DNA of 64,000 nucleotides from Leptolyngbyaceae cyanobacterium (GCA_965263355.1 CBDHHL010000048.1:192001-256000), one strand, 5' to 3'. Counted from the first letter of the stretch, positions 30,856 through 41,805 are shown. The notes: generated from the letters alone by a model not told the origin. Translations and numbers: made by a program.

Positions 30856-31539
30856 TTAAGGGATAAATGCTCGGACAATCGAATGGTTCACAAACGAGCC
30901 ATGAATTTGAGTAATCAGATCCTCAGCATCGGTGTCTTGGGCATACTGACTAGACAGGACCACGGTTTGCTCATTACCATAGCCCACAAAGGTGATTAAG
31001 GCCCGCTGCCCCGCTGCCGGTTCATACCAAATACGAAACCCTGATTGTCCATCAATGGCTACTAGGGAATAACGTTGGACAGCGACAGCTTCTGCCACAA
31101 TTTGATCTAGCCGTTGAGGTACAGCAGTCTGCGGATCTTCCCGGAGGATTACAATATCGGTGCGAATAGGCATATTAACGCCATCGGCAATATTACTGAC
31201 AATTGCCAAACCATTATCTCCTTGGGGGGCTATCTTCCATCCCCTGGGATAATCCACACTAAACTGAGCAGACTCATAGCGAGCAAATTCACTCGTTTCA
31301 TCAGACGACTCAGATTGCGATTGCTTAACGTTAAGAGCGCTAATAGCAAATTCACTTGGCCGCTCTGAAACGAACACTTCAGCGGAAATCCCACTCGAAG
31401 TTATCCCTAGGACGCTCCCTAAAGCGCCCATGCCTAGTAAAAATTGCCCTAAGGCCTGCTTAGTATCGAAATTCAAGTGTTTAGCGGTTTTGTACATTCC
31501 TTGCACCATAGCTCTCAAGGCCTTAGTCGTCGAACGCAT
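30856..31539 (-). CDS. Exported PsbP-like hypothetical protein (true start probably downstream of 31539)
   Basis: Hydrophobic signal-like segment, then YESAQFSVDYPRGW (FS.DYP.GW pattern of PsbP-related folds). Confidence 0.55.
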   Translation of the reverse strand: MRSTTKALRAMVQGMYKTAKHLNFDTKQALGQFLLGMGALGSVLGITSSGISAEVFVSERPSEFAISALNVKQSQSESSDETSEFARYESAQFSVDYPRGWKIAPQGDNGLAIVSNIADGVNMPIRTDIVILREDPQTAVPQRLDQIVAEAVAVQRYSLVAIDGQSGFRIWYEPAAGQRALITFVGYGNEQTVVLSSQYAQDTDAEDLITQIHGSFVNHSIVRAFIP

Positions 31540-31562
31540 TCATCAAAATCGAGCAGGTTTCC

Positions 31563-32288
31563 ATGAAAATTCATAGCATTTTCTCAACCATAACCCCAGT
31601 GGCACTGGGGATCATATTCATGGCCCCCAGTGCCGCAGCATTTCCAGCCTACAAACCTCAACCGCGTGGTATTCCTAGTGTACGTGTCTCTGGTGGGACA
31701 CGTTCACCGGGGGGAATGGCCTGTATCAGTGATCCACAGGCCCCGCAGCTCACTTCTATATTTCCAGATGACGATTTAGGATATACCACTGACCGTTATC
31801 CAGCATTCCAGTGGTACATGCCGAACAATAATGCTAGCCATGTGGAATTTCATCTGTATGAAGTAGTGAACGAGGATGAGGGGATATATGAACCCATTTA
31901 TCAAACAATCTTTGTGCCTAACCCAACTGCTGGTATTGCCACATTACAGCTATCGCAAACGACAGGCTTGGCTCCCCTCAATACAAATAATTACTACTAC
32001 TGGAATGTAGAAGTCTACTGCCCAAATGAGCTAACACCTGTGATGATGGCGGAAGGATTTATGGAACTCTTGACCCCTGCCCCTGCTCTGGCAGAAGAGC
32101 TGGCTAATAGTGATGCGATTAGTAGAGCCGCGATCGCAGCTGAAAACAGTCTTTGGTTTGATGCCACCCGCGCCTTAACAGATCACCTAAAAACTCAGCC
32201 CAACGATCATCAGGCAATTGCCAGCTGGCAAATCCTGCTGGAATCCATCGGGCTAGAGAATATTGCTGATGCTCCACTTTTACCCTAG
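31563..32288 (+). CDS. DUF928 domain exported protein
   Basis: Signal peptide; SGGTR, G.TT..YP.F.WY.P, YYWNV..C, LWFDA, WQ.LLESIGL. Confidence 0.85.
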   Translation: MKIHSIFSTITPVALGIIFMAPSAAAFPAYKPQPRGIPSVRVSGGTRSPGGMACISDPQAPQLTSIFPDDDLGYTTDRYPAFQWYMPNNNASHVEFHLYEVVNEDEGIYEPIYQTIFVPNPTAGIATLQLSQTTGLAPLNTNNYYYWNVEVYCPNELTPVMMAEGFMELLTPAPALAEELANSDAISRAAIAAENSLWFDATRALTDHLKTQPNDHQAIASWQILLESIGLENIADAPLLP

Positions 32289-32429
32289 CCAGGCAATCAT
32301 TTCGTCATGTTTTAGCCAAATTAATTACCAACCAAAGTTGAGGGTTTAACCACTAGTAAACAAAGTGGACGTTGATATTTGTTAAAGTTTATGAACACGT
32401 TCAACGTTGGTAATCTCCACTAATCACCT

Positions 32430-34151
32430 ATGCTACGTCTCGAAAATATCACTAAGGTTTATCCCACGGGAGAAGTATTGCGAGACGTTACCTGGGAAGT
32501 CAAACCAGGCAATCGCATTGGCCTAGTGGGTGTAAATGGAGCGGGAAAATCGACTCAGCTAAAAATCATCATGGGGGAAATTGAGCCAACTAGCGGCAAT
32601 ATCATTCGCCCGAATGAACTGCACATTGGCTATCTCAACCAAGAATTTGAAGTTGACCCTCGCCGCACCGTTCGTGAAGAATTTTGGACAGTATTTCAAG
32701 ATGCTAATGCAGTGCAACAAAAGCTGGCAGACATTCCTATTCAGATGGAAAATGCGGAGCCAGATGAGCTAGAAAAGTTGATCAAATCGCTTGATCGTGA
32801 ACAACGAAAGTTTGAAGCGTTAGATGGCTATGGCCTGGAAGCCAAGATTGAAAAGATTTTGCCCGAGATGGGCTTTCATAATGATGACGGCGAACGCTTA
32901 GTCAGCTCTTTTAGTGGTGGTTGGCAAATGCGCATGGGTCTGGGCAAAGTCATGTTACAAGCACCAGACCTATTATTATTGGACGAGCCGACAAACCATC
33001 TAGACCTAGAAACCATCGAGTGGCTAGAAAGTTATCTCAAAGGTCTAACTACACCGATGGTGATCGTTTCCCATGACCGTGAATTCCTCGATCGCCTGTG
33101 CACTCAGATTGTAGAAACGGAACGTGGAGTCTCTGCCACCTACCTTGGTAACTATAGTTCTTATCTAACCCAAAAAGCAGAAGCTAAGTTGTCACAGCAA
33201 GCTACCTATGACCGTCAGCAAAAGGAAATTGCTAAACAGCAAACCTTTGTTGATCGGTTTCGTGCCAGTGCAACCCGTAGTACCCAGGCAAAAAGTCGTG
33301 AGAAACAGCTGGAAAAAATTGAGCTAGTTGACGCCCCGATTTCTGACGTTAGAGCCCTACAATTCAAATTTCCACCAGCCCCTCGTAGCGGTCGTGAGGT
33401 CGTTCAGATCAATGATCTAACCCACAACTATGGCGATAACATCCTATTTTTAGGCGCAGAACTACTGATTGAAAGAGGCGATCGCATTGCATTTGTCGGT
33501 CCTAATGGCGCTGGCAAATCTACATTATTACGCCTGATTATGGGATTAGAGGTCCCTTCAGAAGGGTCAGCCTTACTAGGAGAGCACAATGTTATCCCCA
33601 GTTATTTTGAACAAAATCAAGCAGAAGCCTTAGACCTAAACAAAACGGTCATGGCCACAATTCACGATGAAGTACCCACCTGGAAAAATGAGGAGGTCCG
33701 CACCCTTCTGGGTCGCTTCTTATTTAGTGGCGACATGGTACATAAACCCGTTACTGCCCTCAGCGGCGGAGAAAAGGCACGTCTAGCCTTAGCCAAAATG
33801 TTACTGGCCCCAGCCAACCTTCTGGTTCTGGATGAGCCCACTAATCACCTAGATATCCCAGCCAAAGAAATGCTGGAATCTGCCCTAAAAGACTATGATG
33901 GAACGGTTCTGATAGTTTCCCATGATCGCTTTTTCATCTCCCAAGTAGCGAATAAGATAGTGGAAATCCGAGAAGGCGAGCTGCGTCTATATCGAGGAGA
34001 CTACAGTTACTATTTAGATAAAGTAGCCGAAGAAAAAGAGCGTGCCAGACTTGAAAAATTAGAAGCTGAACGAGCGGCGAAAACGGCGGCCAAACGTAAA
34101 AAGCAAAAGGAAAAACAAAAAACAAAGGCTACGTCTAAAAAGAAAGGCTAA
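32430..34151 (+). CDS. ABC-F family ribosome-associated ATPase
   Basis: Two NBDs (GVNGAGKST; GPNGAGKST), FSGGW/LSGGE, DEPTNHLD twice, no TM segments. Confidence 0.93.
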   Translation: MLRLENITKVYPTGEVLRDVTWEVKPGNRIGLVGVNGAGKSTQLKIIMGEIEPTSGNIIRPNELHIGYLNQEFEVDPRRTVREEFWTVFQDANAVQQKLADIPIQMENAEPDELEKLIKSLDREQRKFEALDGYGLEAKIEKILPEMGFHNDDGERLVSSFSGGWQMRMGLGKVMLQAPDLLLLDEPTNHLDLETIEWLESYLKGLTTPMVIVSHDREFLDRLCTQIVETERGVSATYLGNYSSYLTQKAEAKLSQQATYDRQQKEIAKQQTFVDRFRASATRSTQAKSREKQLEKIELVDAPISDVRALQFKFPPAPRSGREVVQINDLTHNYGDNILFLGAELLIERGDRIAFVGPNGAGKSTLLRLIMGLEVPSEGSALLGEHNVIPSYFEQNQAEALDLNKTVMATIHDEVPTWKNEEVRTLLGRFLFSGDMVHKPVTALSGGEKARLALAKMLLAPANLLVLDEPTNHLDIPAKEMLESALKDYDGTVLIVSHDRFFISQVANKIVEIREGELRLYRGDYSYYLDKVAEEKERARLEKLEAERAAKTAAKRKKQKEKQKTKATSKKKG

Positions 34152-34717
34152 TGAGTCCAAATACTTATCAGTCTTACGTACATCCATGACGAGATATTAA
34201 TATCTCTACTATGCTCCCAAAGTCTTTCTATAGATCTAGTAGTAATTTAAAACCCAAAGCATAGAATTTAAGCATAAGAATTATCAGTTTAGCTAAAGCA
34301 GCTATTAAGTAACCTTAATTAAGGAATATTCAGATCTAGAAACTGCTCACGGCTGAAAAAGCCATGTTAGCTGGTAGCCAGGATTTTTAACAAGTAATTA
34401 AACCTATTGACAATCTTACCAAGTAAGCTGTCAATAGCTATTTAAACGGTCTATATTCTCGATAATTTTGAGTAACAAGTAGTGCCGTTATCGATAACTA
34501 AAATAATTATTGTGCACATAGTCATTGTTAGAGGCTAAAAAGAAATGGGTCCCCCTTTTAAGCCACTGTATTAATTGATTGCCAGCCAAGATGCAAAAGG
34601 CTACTTTCTCCGTAAAGATGAATAGTTAAGAAAACCTTAATAACCAGCAAAGAGCGAGTGATATGATCTCGCTAGACAAAGTATAGTCGTTCACAATCGC
34701 AAGAGGGATTTGTAAGT

Positions 34718-36316
34718 ATGACGCAGGAGTCTGTTTCTCCAATGGTTCTCGTCATCCTAGACGGATGGGGATATCGCGATGAGAACGATGGGAATGCAAT
34801 AAAAAATGCGAGGACCCCCGTCATTGACAGTCTCTGGGCTGCCTATCCCCATACGTTGATTCAGACTTCAGGCAAACGCGTTGGTTTGCCCGAAGGTCAA
34901 ATGGGAAACTCCGAAGTAGGACACCTTAATATCGGAGCAGGTCGCATTGTGCCTCAGGAACTCGTTCGTATTTCCGACGCAGTTGAAGACGGCTCTATCC
35001 AAGAAAATCAAGCTCTACTAGACATATGTCAGAAGGTTCGCCATAACGAAGGCAAGCTTCACTTAGTGGGTCTTTGCTCTGAAGGAGGCGTACACTCGCA
35101 CCTTAATCATCTGCTGGGCCTTGTAGATATGGCAAAAGCCCAAAATATTCAAGATGTTTGCATTCATGCCATTACTGATGGCCGTGATACTCAACCCCAA
35201 GCAGCTGAAGCAGCCATTAACAAGCTGCAGGACTACATAGAGCGGCAGGGTGTGGGCCGTATCGTTACTCTCAGCGGTCGCTATTATGCGATGGATCGAG
35301 ACCAGCGCTGGGATCGCATTGAGAAAGTTTACAGCGTGATGACAAGTCCAGGTAACGGTAGTGGTAAAACTGCCCTGGAAGCTATCAAAGCGTCCTATGC
35401 AGAAGACGTCACTGATGAGTTTATTCAACCAGTACGATTAGCCCCTGGGACTGTGGAAGCTAATGATGGCATTATTTTCTTCAATTTCCGTCCCGATCGG
35501 GCTCGACAGCTGACTCAAGCGTTTGTAGACCCTGATTTTCAAGGCTTTGAAAGACAACTAGTCACTCCTCTGAGCTTTGCAACGATGACACAGTATGATA
35601 GCTCGCTATCTGTCCAGGTTGCCTTTGAGCCTCAAAATCTCAGCAATATTCTGGGTGAAGTTGTTGCAAATCATGGGATTAAGCAGTTTCGAACTGCAGA
35701 AACCGAAAAATATGCTCATGTTACTTACTTCTTTAACGGGGGACGGGAAAACCCATTTGAGGGTGAAGACCGCGAGCTTGTATCTAGCCCGCAGGTAGCA
35801 ACCTATGACAAAGCACCTGCAATGTCTGCCAAAGCAGTGACCGATACGGCTATTACGGCTGTGGGTAAAGGAATTTATGGTCTGGTTGTGATTAACTATG
35901 CGAACCCCGATATGGTCGGTCATACAGGTAATATGGAGGCCACTATTCAGGCCCTTGAGTCTGTAGATGTTCAATTAGGTCGCTTGCTAGATGCAGTGGG
36001 TCAAGCGGGTGGCACAACCATTATCATTGCTGACCATGGTAATGCTGAATACATGTGGGATGAAGAAGGTCGTCCTTGGACAGCTCATACCACTAATCCT
36101 GTGCCATTTATTTTGGTAGAAGGTGAGCGGTTAAAGATTCCGGGACGCGGCTGTGAGGTTGAACTGAGAGAGCATGGCTGCTTAGCGGACATTGCCCCTA
36201 CCATTCTTGAGATTCTTAAGTTACCTCAGCCCAAGGAAATGACAGGGCAATCCATGATTCAACCGGCCCGTGTTGATGTCAAACGTAATCGCACACCGGT
36301 CAAAGTCTCTCTCTAG
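34718..36316 (+). CDS. gpmI: 2,3-bisphosphoglycerate-independent phosphoglycerate mutase
   Basis: ILDGWG, QMGNSEVGH, DGRD, NFRPDR, AETEKYAHVT, DMVGHTG, ADHGN. Confidence 0.97.
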   Translation: MTQESVSPMVLVILDGWGYRDENDGNAIKNARTPVIDSLWAAYPHTLIQTSGKRVGLPEGQMGNSEVGHLNIGAGRIVPQELVRISDAVEDGSIQENQALLDICQKVRHNEGKLHLVGLCSEGGVHSHLNHLLGLVDMAKAQNIQDVCIHAITDGRDTQPQAAEAAINKLQDYIERQGVGRIVTLSGRYYAMDRDQRWDRIEKVYSVMTSPGNGSGKTALEAIKASYAEDVTDEFIQPVRLAPGTVEANDGIIFFNFRPDRARQLTQAFVDPDFQGFERQLVTPLSFATMTQYDSSLSVQVAFEPQNLSNILGEVVANHGIKQFRTAETEKYAHVTYFFNGGRENPFEGEDRELVSSPQVATYDKAPAMSAKAVTDTAITAVGKGIYGLVVINYANPDMVGHTGNMEATIQALESVDVQLGRLLDAVGQAGGTTIIIADHGNAEYMWDEEGRPWTAHTTNPVPFILVEGERLKIPGRGCEVELREHGCLADIAPTILEILKLPQPKEMTGQSMIQPARVDVKRNRTPVKVSL

Positions 36317-36436
36317 TCATTCGTCAGTGCGCCATCCCCTAAGGTAGGATAGTTGAACTGTGTCTGTGTGTTCAGGTAGTTAGAGCCTAAGTATACGCAG
36401 CCATTAGTTCACCGACAAGTCAGGCTAAAAACTGTA

Positions 36437-36784
36437 ATGGTAGTATCGGTTTTACAAGTGGTATGGCTAATCTCTGCCATTGGATTAATTATTTTGGTGC
36501 TGTTTCATAGTCCTAAAGGTGACGGACTGGGGGCTTTAGGGGGACAAGCTCAGATGTTTACTAGCACTAAAAGCGCTGAAATCGCCCTAAATCGGGCTAC
36601 CTGGCTCCTAACAATTGTATTTATGGGGATTACGGTCATTTTGAGTGCCGGTTGGCTGGGAAATACAGTCACTGAGTTACCCACATCAGTGGAGACTGCT
36701 CCCCTTGAAGAAACGGCTCCTACACCGGATACGATTCCTGCTGATCTCAGTGTTCCTACACCATCAGAAGACGCTGCTGAATAG
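36437..36784 (+). CDS. secG: Preprotein translocase subunit SecG with acidic C-terminal tail
   Basis: LVLFHSPKGDGLGALGG..LNRATW; follows gpmI as usual in cyanobacteria. Confidence 0.92.
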   Translation: MVVSVLQVVWLISAIGLIILVLFHSPKGDGLGALGGQAQMFTSTKSAEIALNRATWLLTIVFMGITVILSAGWLGNTVTELPTSVETAPLEETAPTPDTIPADLSVPTPSEDAAE

Positions 36785-36806
36785 AGAAGCTCAATTTCAA
36801 GAATCA

Positions 36807-36864
36807 CCATAAATGAAGAGCCAAAGGAAGTTCATAGTCCTTTCCTTATGGCTCTTCTTTATGG
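36807..36864. terminator. Long hairpin between convergent secG and tkt
   Basis: CCATAAA-T-GAAGAGCCA-AAGGAA pairs with TTCCTT-A-TGGCTCTTC-TTTATGG. Confidence 0.6.
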
Positions 36865-36897
36865 TTCATAAATTAAATTGTCAGTCCAAGGAAGTCG

Positions 36898-36934
36898 TCG
36901 TAGGGCATTTATGCTGCAGTTAAATGCCCTACGA
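36898..36934. repeat. REP-like GTAG-type palindrome
   Basis: TCGTAGGGCATTTA-N9-TAAATGCCCTACGA, perfect 14-bp arms. Confidence 0.7.
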
Positions 36935-36943
36935 AAACACCCC

Positions 36944-38941
36944 CTAGAGAGCCTTAGCGCGAGCGACTACATTCTCAGCAGTGTAGCCAAACTCTTGCAT
37001 AATACGACCACCAGGAGCAGATGCACCAAAGCTATCAACGCTTAGCATGTCACCGTCCGCACCGTAGTACTTGCCCCAACCCATTTCGATACCGGCTTCT
37101 ACAACAAGACGCTTAGTGATGGTCTTGGGCAGAACTGACTCTTTGTAGGCAGCGTCCTGAGCTTCAAAGAGTTCCCAGCAGGGCATGGAAACAACGCGAA
37201 CTTTCTCGCCTTCGGCACGAAGCTGCTTAGCAGCCTCCAAACAGAGAGACACTTCACTACCTGTTCCGATTAGCAGCAGGTCAGCACCGTCTTCATCAGA
37301 AATGACGTAAGCTCCCTTGGCCACACCATCGATAGAGCTACCGTCTAGCTGAGGCAGATTCTGGCGAGAGAAGGCCATTAAAGTAGGAGTCTTGCGGCTA
37401 GCGATCGCAATCTTATAGGCCCCCGAGGTCTCATTGCCATCCGCCGGGCGAATTACATAAAGGTTAGGAATGGCACGGAGAGAGGCAATGGTTTCAACTG
37501 GCTGGTGGGTGGGACCATCTTCACCCAATGCGATGGAGTCATGGGTCATCACATAGATAACACCTGCCTCAGCTAGAGCCGACAGACGAATAGCAGCCCG
37601 CATATAATCAGCAAAGACCAGGAATGTCGCACAGTAAGGAATTAGACCTGAGTTGTGCAGCGCAATGCCATTACAGATAGCGCCCATGCCATGCTCACGT
37701 ACGCCAAAACGCAGGTTGCGATTTTCATAGGCCCCTTTCTGGAAATCGCCAGAGATCTTCATCAGGGTATTGTTGGACTTAGCCAAGTCAGCGGAACCAC
37801 CGACAAGCTCAGGCACAGCGGGAGCTAGAGCATTTAAGGTAGCTTCGGATGTCTTACGGGTAGCAAGGGCCTTATCTCCAGGGGCGTAAGTAGGCAGTGC
37901 ATCAGCCCAGTTGGCGGGCAGCTCACCCTTTAGCATCCGCTCAAACTCAGCAGCTTCTGCACCATACTTGGTGCGGTAAGTAGCCAAAGCTTGATTCCAC
38001 TCAGCTTCTGCACTGGCACCTTTATCCACAGCCTGACGGAAACGAGTAAGGACATCCTCAGGAATCTCAAAAGGCGCATGCTCCCAACCCAGATTCTCGC
38101 GAGTTAGAGTAATCTCTTCATCACCCAGGGCCGCACCGTGGATGCCAGACGTATCAGCCTTATTGGGAGAACCATAACCAATGGTGGTGGTCACCTTAAT
38201 CATGGTAGGTTGATCGGTCACTTGCTTAGCTGCTTCGATAGCCTTTGCGATCGCAGCCAAATCAGTATTGCCATCTTCCACATGGAGCACATGCCAACCA
38301 TAGGCCTCAAAGCGCTTACTCACATCTTCGGTAAAGGCAATATCAGTAGAACCGTCGATAGAAATATGGTTGTCGTCATAAAGGGCAATCAGCTTGCCGA
38401 GGCCCAAGTGACCAGCTAAAGAGCAGGCTTCACCAGAGACGCCCTCCATGTTGCAACCGTCACCCAAAATTACGTAGGTGTAGTGGTCAACCACAGTGCA
38501 GTCAGGTTTATTAAACCGGGCTGCTAGATGGGCTTCTGCCATAGCCAGACCAACACCGTTACAGATACCCTGCCCCAAAGGACCAGTAGTCACTTCAACA
38601 CCGGGAGTTTCAAAATTCTCAGGGTGCCCAGGTGTGGTTGCCCCCCACTGACGAAAGTTTTTGATGTCCTCAATCTTGACACTGTCGTAACCTGTGAGAT
38701 GCAGCAGCGCATACTGCAGCATGCAACCATGCCCCGCAGATAGCACAAAGCGATCACGGTTAAACCACTGGGGATTTTTGGGATTAAAGCGCATAAATTG
38801 ATCCCAAAGAACAAACGCCATTGGCGCGGCTCCCATGGGTAAACCGGGATGACCAGATTTAGCCTTTTCAACGGCATCAATGGCCAAGAACCGAATGGCA
38901 TTTATACACTGCGTTTCAAGAGATTGGGTTGCAACAGCCAT
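36944..38941 (-). CDS. tkt: Transketolase
   Basis: [40 protein letters not shown]; start MAVATQS. Confidence 0.98.
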   Translation of the reverse strand: MAVATQSLETQCINAIRFLAIDAVEKAKSGHPGLPMGAAPMAFVLWDQFMRFNPKNPQWFNRDRFVLSAGHGCMLQYALLHLTGYDSVKIEDIKNFRQWGATTPGHPENFETPGVEVTTGPLGQGICNGVGLAMAEAHLAARFNKPDCTVVDHYTYVILGDGCNMEGVSGEACSLAGHLGLGKLIALYDDNHISIDGSTDIAFTEDVSKRFEAYGWHVLHVEDGNTDLAAIAKAIEAAKQVTDQPTMIKVTTTIGYGSPNKADTSGIHGAALGDEEITLTRENLGWEHAPFEIPEDVLTRFRQAVDKGASAEAEWNQALATYRTKYGAEAAEFERMLKGELPANWADALPTYAPGDKALATRKTSEATLNALAPAVPELVGGSADLAKSNNTLMKISGDFQKGAYENRNLRFGVREHGMGAICNGIALHNSGLIPYCATFLVFADYMRAAIRLSALAEAGVIYVMTHDSIALGEDGPTHQPVETIASLRAIPNLYVIRPADGNETSGAYKIAIASRKTPTLMAFSRQNLPQLDGSSIDGVAKGAYVISDEDGADLLLIGTGSEVSLCLEAAKQLRAEGEKVRVVSMPCWELFEAQDAAYKESVLPKTITKRLVVEAGIEMGWGKYYGADGDMLSVDSFGASAPGGRIMQEFGYTAENVVARAKAL

Positions 38942-39418
38942 AGTCTTCCAAGTAGTTAACGACGGTACATTCCAGGTGTGAACAAGCACGAACGCACCTT
39001 TGTTGATGGTGATAGCAGATTAGACGGTCTCAAACGGGTAGCCCCTAACACGCCAAAGCATGAAGGCAAAAACAGACAGGTACATAATCCACATAGCTGT
39101 GTGTTGCAGGTAAAAGCCCCTGAGCACAGAACCATGTGGCAGAAACATATTCCCACAGACAACAGGTTGGAGCAGGCACACAGCCACTCACCGACAAACT
39201 CTGATTGCGACAGAAAACCACAGCCCCCCATAGAGTGCGCGAACTAACTACCCCAACCTGGTCAAAGGAGAGCTACCGGCCTAAGCCTATACCGTAACTT
39301 GTGAGCACATTTACTAATTTGAACATGCTCATGTGCAAACAGTCACCCAAAAAGTAGAGCAACTTTCCGTTTTATTTAATGTTTTCTGTTAGGTTATTAT
39401 ACCTATCAAGCTGTAGCA

Positions 39419-40672
39419 CTAGCTACGATACTTACGAAAAACCAAAGTAACGTTATGGCCACCAAAGCCAAATGAGTTAGACATTGCCACATCGACGGTA
39501 TGGGTACGACTCTGATTGGGTACATAGTCTAAATCACAATCATCATCTGGCTCTTGCAGATTAATGGTGGGGGGGACATGGTCATTTGCTACTGCCATAC
39601 AGGCTGCCACCCCTTCAATGCCACCAGAGCCACCTAACAGATGCCCTGTCATTGACTTAGTAGAACTTACGGGAATCTGTTTTGCATGCTCTCCTAAAAC
39701 CGTTTTAATCGCCGCCGTTTCGGTTGGATCATTGGCCGGCGTACTGGTGCCGTGGGCATTGATATAACTGACATCTGTTGGAGACACATCCGCATCTTTG
39801 AGGGCCAGCTCCATAGAACGGGCGGCCCCTGCTCCACCAGGGACAGGGGCAGTCATGTGATAAGCATCGCAAGTCATGCCATAGCCCACCATCTCCGCAT
39901 AAATATGGGCTCCACGGCTGAGGGCATGTTCTAGTTCTTCCAAGATCAAAATACCAACACCTTCGCCCATAACAAAACCGTCACGACCTTTATCAAAGGG
40001 TCGACTGGCATGAGCGGGGTCATCATTTCGAGTAGACAATGCTCGAGCTGACGCAAATCCAGCCAATGATAACGGGGTAATGGCTGCTTCGGTCCCACCA
40101 GAAATCATGGCTTGGGCATAGCCATTCTGCACAATGCGAAAGGCATCGCCAATGGCATTAGAACCAGCTGCACAAGCTGTAACTGCACAGGAGTTAGGGC
40201 CTTTTGCCCCCGTATGAATTGCCGTGAGACCTGCTGCCATGTTAGCAATCATCATGGGCACCATGAATGGACTGCAGCGGTTAGGCCCTTTGTTTATGTA
40301 GACGGACTGTTGATCTTCCATTACCTTGAGACCGCCCACACCAGTGCCGATCATGACACCAACTTGTTCTGCGTTGAGGTCGGTAATAGTGAGATTGGCA
40401 TTGGCCAGGGCTTGTTTGCTAGCTGCGATCGCAAACTGAGCAAATCGATCAGTCCGCTTAGCATCTTTAGCATCCATGTACTCTAACGGATCAAACCCTT
40501 TAACCTCACCCGCAATGCGACATTTATGCTGCGATGCATCAAAAAATGTAATCGGCCCAATGCCGCTTTTGCCAGCCAGCAATCCCTGCCAATAGGTCTC
40601 TAAGGTATTGCCGATGGGGGTAATGGCCCCCATTCCAGTAATCACAACGCGCTTTTTTTCAGTACTTGTCAT
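39419..40672 (-). CDS. fabF: 3-oxoacyl-ACP synthase II
   Basis: RVVITGMG, TACAAG, AHGTST, KSMTGHLLG, SNSFGFGG. Confidence 0.97.
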   Translation of the reverse strand: MTSTEKKRVVITGMGAITPIGNTLETYWQGLLAGKSGIGPITFFDASQHKCRIAGEVKGFDPLEYMDAKDAKRTDRFAQFAIAASKQALANANLTITDLNAEQVGVMIGTGVGGLKVMEDQQSVYINKGPNRCSPFMVPMMIANMAAGLTAIHTGAKGPNSCAVTACAAGSNAIGDAFRIVQNGYAQAMISGGTEAAITPLSLAGFASARALSTRNDDPAHASRPFDKGRDGFVMGEGVGILILEELEHALSRGAHIYAEMVGYGMTCDAYHMTAPVPGGAGAARSMELALKDADVSPTDVSYINAHGTSTPANDPTETAAIKTVLGEHAKQIPVSSTKSMTGHLLGGSGGIEGVAACMAVANDHVPPTINLQEPDDDCDLDYVPNQSRTHTVDVAMSNSFGFGGHNVTLVFRKYRS

Positions 40673-40738
40673 GGTCATCGACACAAGGGGAACGATCCCA
40701 AGGCATTAAAAAACAGATTTTCAAACAGGCAGGGGGGG

Positions 40739-40981
40739 TTATGCAGCTGACTTTTCTGTAATGAAGTCAACGGCTGCCTGCACTGTACCAATGGATTCAG
40801 CTGCCTCGTCTGGGATCTCAATATCAAACTCTTCCTCAAGGGCCATGACCAGCTCTACTGTATCCAGGGAATCAGCCCCCAGATCGTCGGTAAAACTAGC
40901 TTCAGGCTTAACTTCAGCTACCTCAACACCCAGCTGCTCGGATACGATCTTTTGAACCTTTCCTAAAATGTCTTCAGCCAT
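40739..40981 (-). CDS. acpP: Acyl carrier protein
   Basis: [23 protein letters not shown] 40981 with GGAG upstream. Confidence 0.98.
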   Translation of the reverse strand: MAEDILGKVQKIVSEQLGVEVAEVKPEASFTDDLGADSLDTVELVMALEEEFDIEIPDEAAESIGTVQAAVDFITEKSAA

Positions 40982-41032
40982 AATCTCCAAATTTCCTTTT
41001 CAGCGGCAGCAAAGAACATGTCCTAAATCCAG

Positions 41033-41100
41033 TTTGGAACAGTCCAACTAATATCCTATTTGGAACGAACCAACTAATATTCGGTTTGGAACGGTCCAAA
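41033..41100. repeat. Three palindromic TTTGGAACnnnCCAA units at 26-bp period upstream of acpP
   Basis: Units start at 41033, 41059 and 41085; the first two share CCAACTAATAT. Confidence 0.85.
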
Positions 41101-41501
41101 ACGTTAGAACGTCTGTCCAGATTTAGGCATTTTTTCATCTTATAGGAAAGCGTGCGCCCTACATGGGCGCACAACAGTCACATTTTGAGCAACCCGCCAC
41201 GGCCAACACCGACAATATTACAATCCATAAACTTTTGACACGTTGCTCCGTTCCCTAAAAACGGCACTGATAGACTAAATCTTGATTGGAGAACTCTTTT
41301 GGCTAATTTTGGCTAATGTAAACAGGTTACGTCGGTTGTGATCTAAACCACATCTAAGTTGAAACCCGTAGGTCCTTCTAGGGATAAAGTTTCAGTACTG
41401 GACGTGGATAAGGTTTTATGTATCCTTCGGAACACATTCTAAGAATTTGTTTACGGGTCAAGCTATAGTCAAGCCACCATATAGCTGAAACCGTTTAATA
41501 A

Positions 41502-41765
<264 letters not shown>

Positions 41766-41805
41766 ACTTTAAGATTCAATAACAGCTTTCACTCGAAACG
41801 TTTAC

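Noticed and set aside
34152..34717. Replication origin
   Set aside because: AT-rich, but no cluster of TTTTCCACA/TTATCCACA DnaA boxes and no dnaA/dnaN neighbour.
38956..39247. ORFs 38956-39231(-) and 38978-39247(+)
   Set aside because: No family motifs or RBS; biased composition follows from the strand-skewed non-coding sequence.
38942..39418. Canonical TPP riboswitch upstream of TPP-dependent tkt
   Set aside because: The CUGAGA / ACCC..ACCUG..GCGNAGGGA core is not found in order; kept only as a generic structured-leader candidate.
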